A DNA stretch of 64,000 nucleotides, from the NCBI RefSeq assembly GCF_009914755.1, contig NC_060930.1; one strand, 5' to 3'. The translations under genes and the position numbers were made by a program. How positions within the stretch are numbered: position 1 is the first letter of the stretch; each line of letters starts with the position of its first letter. Source of the stretch: the human T2T-CHM13v2.0 reference genome, Homo sapiens. The notes under the pieces were generated by a model. That model made no database searches. It was not told where the DNA came from and saw only the letters and a program-made list of their open reading frames with translations. This document shows, piece by piece, positions 63,191 to 64,000 of the stretch.

Positions 63191-64000
63191 TTCTTATTCT
63201 CTACTTCTCCTGCTGGATTGCCAGCTCCTGAGAGCCCATTTTTCTCTTACTCCCCCAAGTGAGCACACGGCATGGAGCCTGGAAAGAGCAGAGCAAGTCT
63301 TTAGTTAGTCATTTTTGAAACTCAGAGGGAGGAAGGACAGGATGAGGGTCCCTGTAGAGGTCAGGGGCAGAAGGCCTGGGGAGCGAGTTTCTGTGTCTCC
63401 ACCCACACCCTGCCATGGGCTCAACAGAAATCTAGGAGGTTGGGTTCTGCAAAGCTAGTCTTTATTCTGAGGGCAGGCAGGAAGGTCTGTGTACATGCTT
63501 CACATCTGCTGTGGCTTCCTAGGACAAACAGCTTTGGGGCCACAGGGAATTTGCCATGCTATTTCAGTAACAGCTCCAGGGATTTAACATTTAAACATGA
63601 GCTGCAGTTTCTGGAGCAGCAGATTCAGATCCTGAATCATCCATTTTTCTTCTCCAGGATACCAGAGATGCTGTTATATACATGAAAACAGTCAATCGAC
63701 CCTGGGACTGGCATTGTAGATGCCTGCAGCTGCAGCATCAGCAACAGGGAGCACTGCGGGGGAGAGCCCTCCTCCTCTCCAGGAGGGCTCCATGGCATTG
63801 GCTTGGGTGGAAGGGATTTATTGTTTATGTCCATGCCCTCTTTGTGAACCTATCTGGGATTGATTAAGAGTCAGCTTTGTTTAGGAGTGTGAGGAAGGCA
63901 TCTAGGGAGGATATGACAAAAGCCTCAGTTAATTCTGCTAAATAATCTTCTGGGGACCTTCTAGTCATGGAGCACTAACCACTAAATTGCTAATTAAGTG

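Overview
Primate (human-like) genomic DNA: an internal part of IMPG1 (interphotoreceptor matrix proteoglycan 1 / SPACR) on the minus strand. Six coding exons join in frame with canonical AG/GT ends: 60149-60207, a 21-nt microexon 56463-56483, 54270-54517, 52857-52933, 51901-51979, and the first 61 nt of the next exon at 1-61. They encode ...[35 protein letters not shown]...HGLP-DTSWSPPAM... (exons 8-13; gene identity and numbering come from my recollection of the protein, not a search). A 51.8-kb intron (62-51900) is packed with repeats: a full-length L1PA7-like element, other L1PA/L1M/HAL1/L2 fragments, about 20 Alus, MaLR/ERVL/ERV1 solo LTRs and DNA transposon relics. The best unexplained signals are: (1) an apparently hidden, frame-symmetric 177-nt mucin-like exon (51554-51730) just after exon 12, carrying one stop codon; (2) a microexon with SRRM3/4-type upstream architecture whose skipping would break a B-X7-B hyaluronan-binding-type motif; (3) a perfect 19-bp copy of that microexon's donor site inside a TA microsatellite 1 kb away; (4) an 89-bp near-perfect hairpin; (5) several unusual retrotransposition or repair products. 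Repeat subfamily calls and boundaries were made by eye and are approximate.
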